From assembly GCA_030141605.1 (NCBI GenBank), contig JAQGDQ010002385.1, forward strand, positions 62,001 through 126,000: DNA of 64,000 nt. The letters are read 5' to 3'. Positions 63,380 through 64,000 of the stretch are shown here, piece after piece. How positions within the stretch are numbered: position 1 is the first letter of the stretch; each line of letters begins with the position of its first letter. The notes under the pieces were generated by a model, which worked only from the letters and a program-made list of their open reading frames with translations, was not told the origin of the DNA and did not search any database. The translations under genes and the position numbers were made by a program. The DNA is from Tubiluchus corallicola (Eukaryota; Animalia; Priapulida).

Positions 63380-63862
63380 TTATTGAACAAGCTCATCAAT
63401 ATGCTCATACGTTAAATTCCCTGGGACAATCATCATCGGAACGGTTAAATATCGGCTCATCTTCGATACTAACGTAGAAACAATCGGACCAGGGCTATCC
63501 TGATCAACAGCAGCCCCTAAAACTAAAACAGAAATAGAATTCTCGGCATCGTTAATAACTTTTAAAAGCTCCGTGACAACATCACCCTCTCGCATAAAAA
63601 TCTCCGGACGACAATTTAGCGAACGCTCCACCGCATCCGCAACATTCTGAAGAAAATACGCCGCCTCTTCATGACGCTCCTCCTTCATAATTTCTGAAAC
63701 CGCAACCCAATGCTCAAAAGCGGACGAGGACTCAATTGGATAAAATAGAGAAACACGTCCCCCTGTCGATACAGCACGGCGGCAAGCAAAATATAATGCC
63801 TTGTGAAACTCATCAGAACTGTCAACGACACATAAGTAAGTGTGATAAGATGATTCTCCCAT
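63380..63862 (-). CDS. Universal stress protein
   Basis: YLCVVDSS, LVLGA...PGP, VPMMIVPG. Confidence 0.88.
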   Translation of the reverse strand: MGESSYHTYLCVVDSSDEFHKALYFACRRAVSTGGRVSLFYPIESSSAFEHWVAVSEIMKEERHEEAAYFLQNVADAVERSLNCRPEIFMREGDVVTELLKVINDAENSISVLVLGAAVDQDSPGPIVSTLVSKMSRYLTVPMMIVPGNLTYEHIDELVQ

Positions 63863-64000
63863 ATATTCCCCCTTATTCAATAATTATAAACATATAATCT
63901 CAAAAACAACGGTCACAATTAAACTATATTACATAACTCAATATAAATAGATATATTGTATAATTAGCATCATTATGCTAATATTAATAGCCGTAAAAAA

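Overview
Alphaproteobacterial chromosome segment with two distinct halves. Positions 1 to ~23730 hold the right part of a lambda/Wolbachia-WO-like prophage next to the 3' end of tRNA-Ser(CGA). It contains packaging genes (portal start, gpW, terminase), two DNA methyltransferase loci, a replication/recombination module, an XRE/ImmA switch with a divergent three-gene operon, a DUF2924/large serine recombinase module, and a pyrimidine-dimer glycosylase gene interrupted by an IS1595 element. From ~23830 to 64000 is host backbone with strong strand asymmetry (+ strand rich in C/A): dcu, rplU-rpmA-obgE-proB, a truncated alpha-2-macroglobulin, MFS, a partial type IV pilus module, ubiTUV, pfkA, K+ channel, parC, an RND pump, groESL, rpsU, flavodoxin, hslVU, ffh-rpsP-rimM-trmD-rplS-leuCDB, uvrD and usp. 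The most striking feature is the prophage C5-cytosine methyltransferase locus (4852-6267). It is open in two same-strand frames over its full ~1.4 kb, and both frames have candidate starts in an overlapping GTGTG behind one Shine-Dalgarno-like site. One frame carries motifs I-VIII and X. The other carries a motif IX-like segment plus six tandem W-x-T modules that look like a target-recognition array. All product calls come from motif recognition by eye; no database searches were run.
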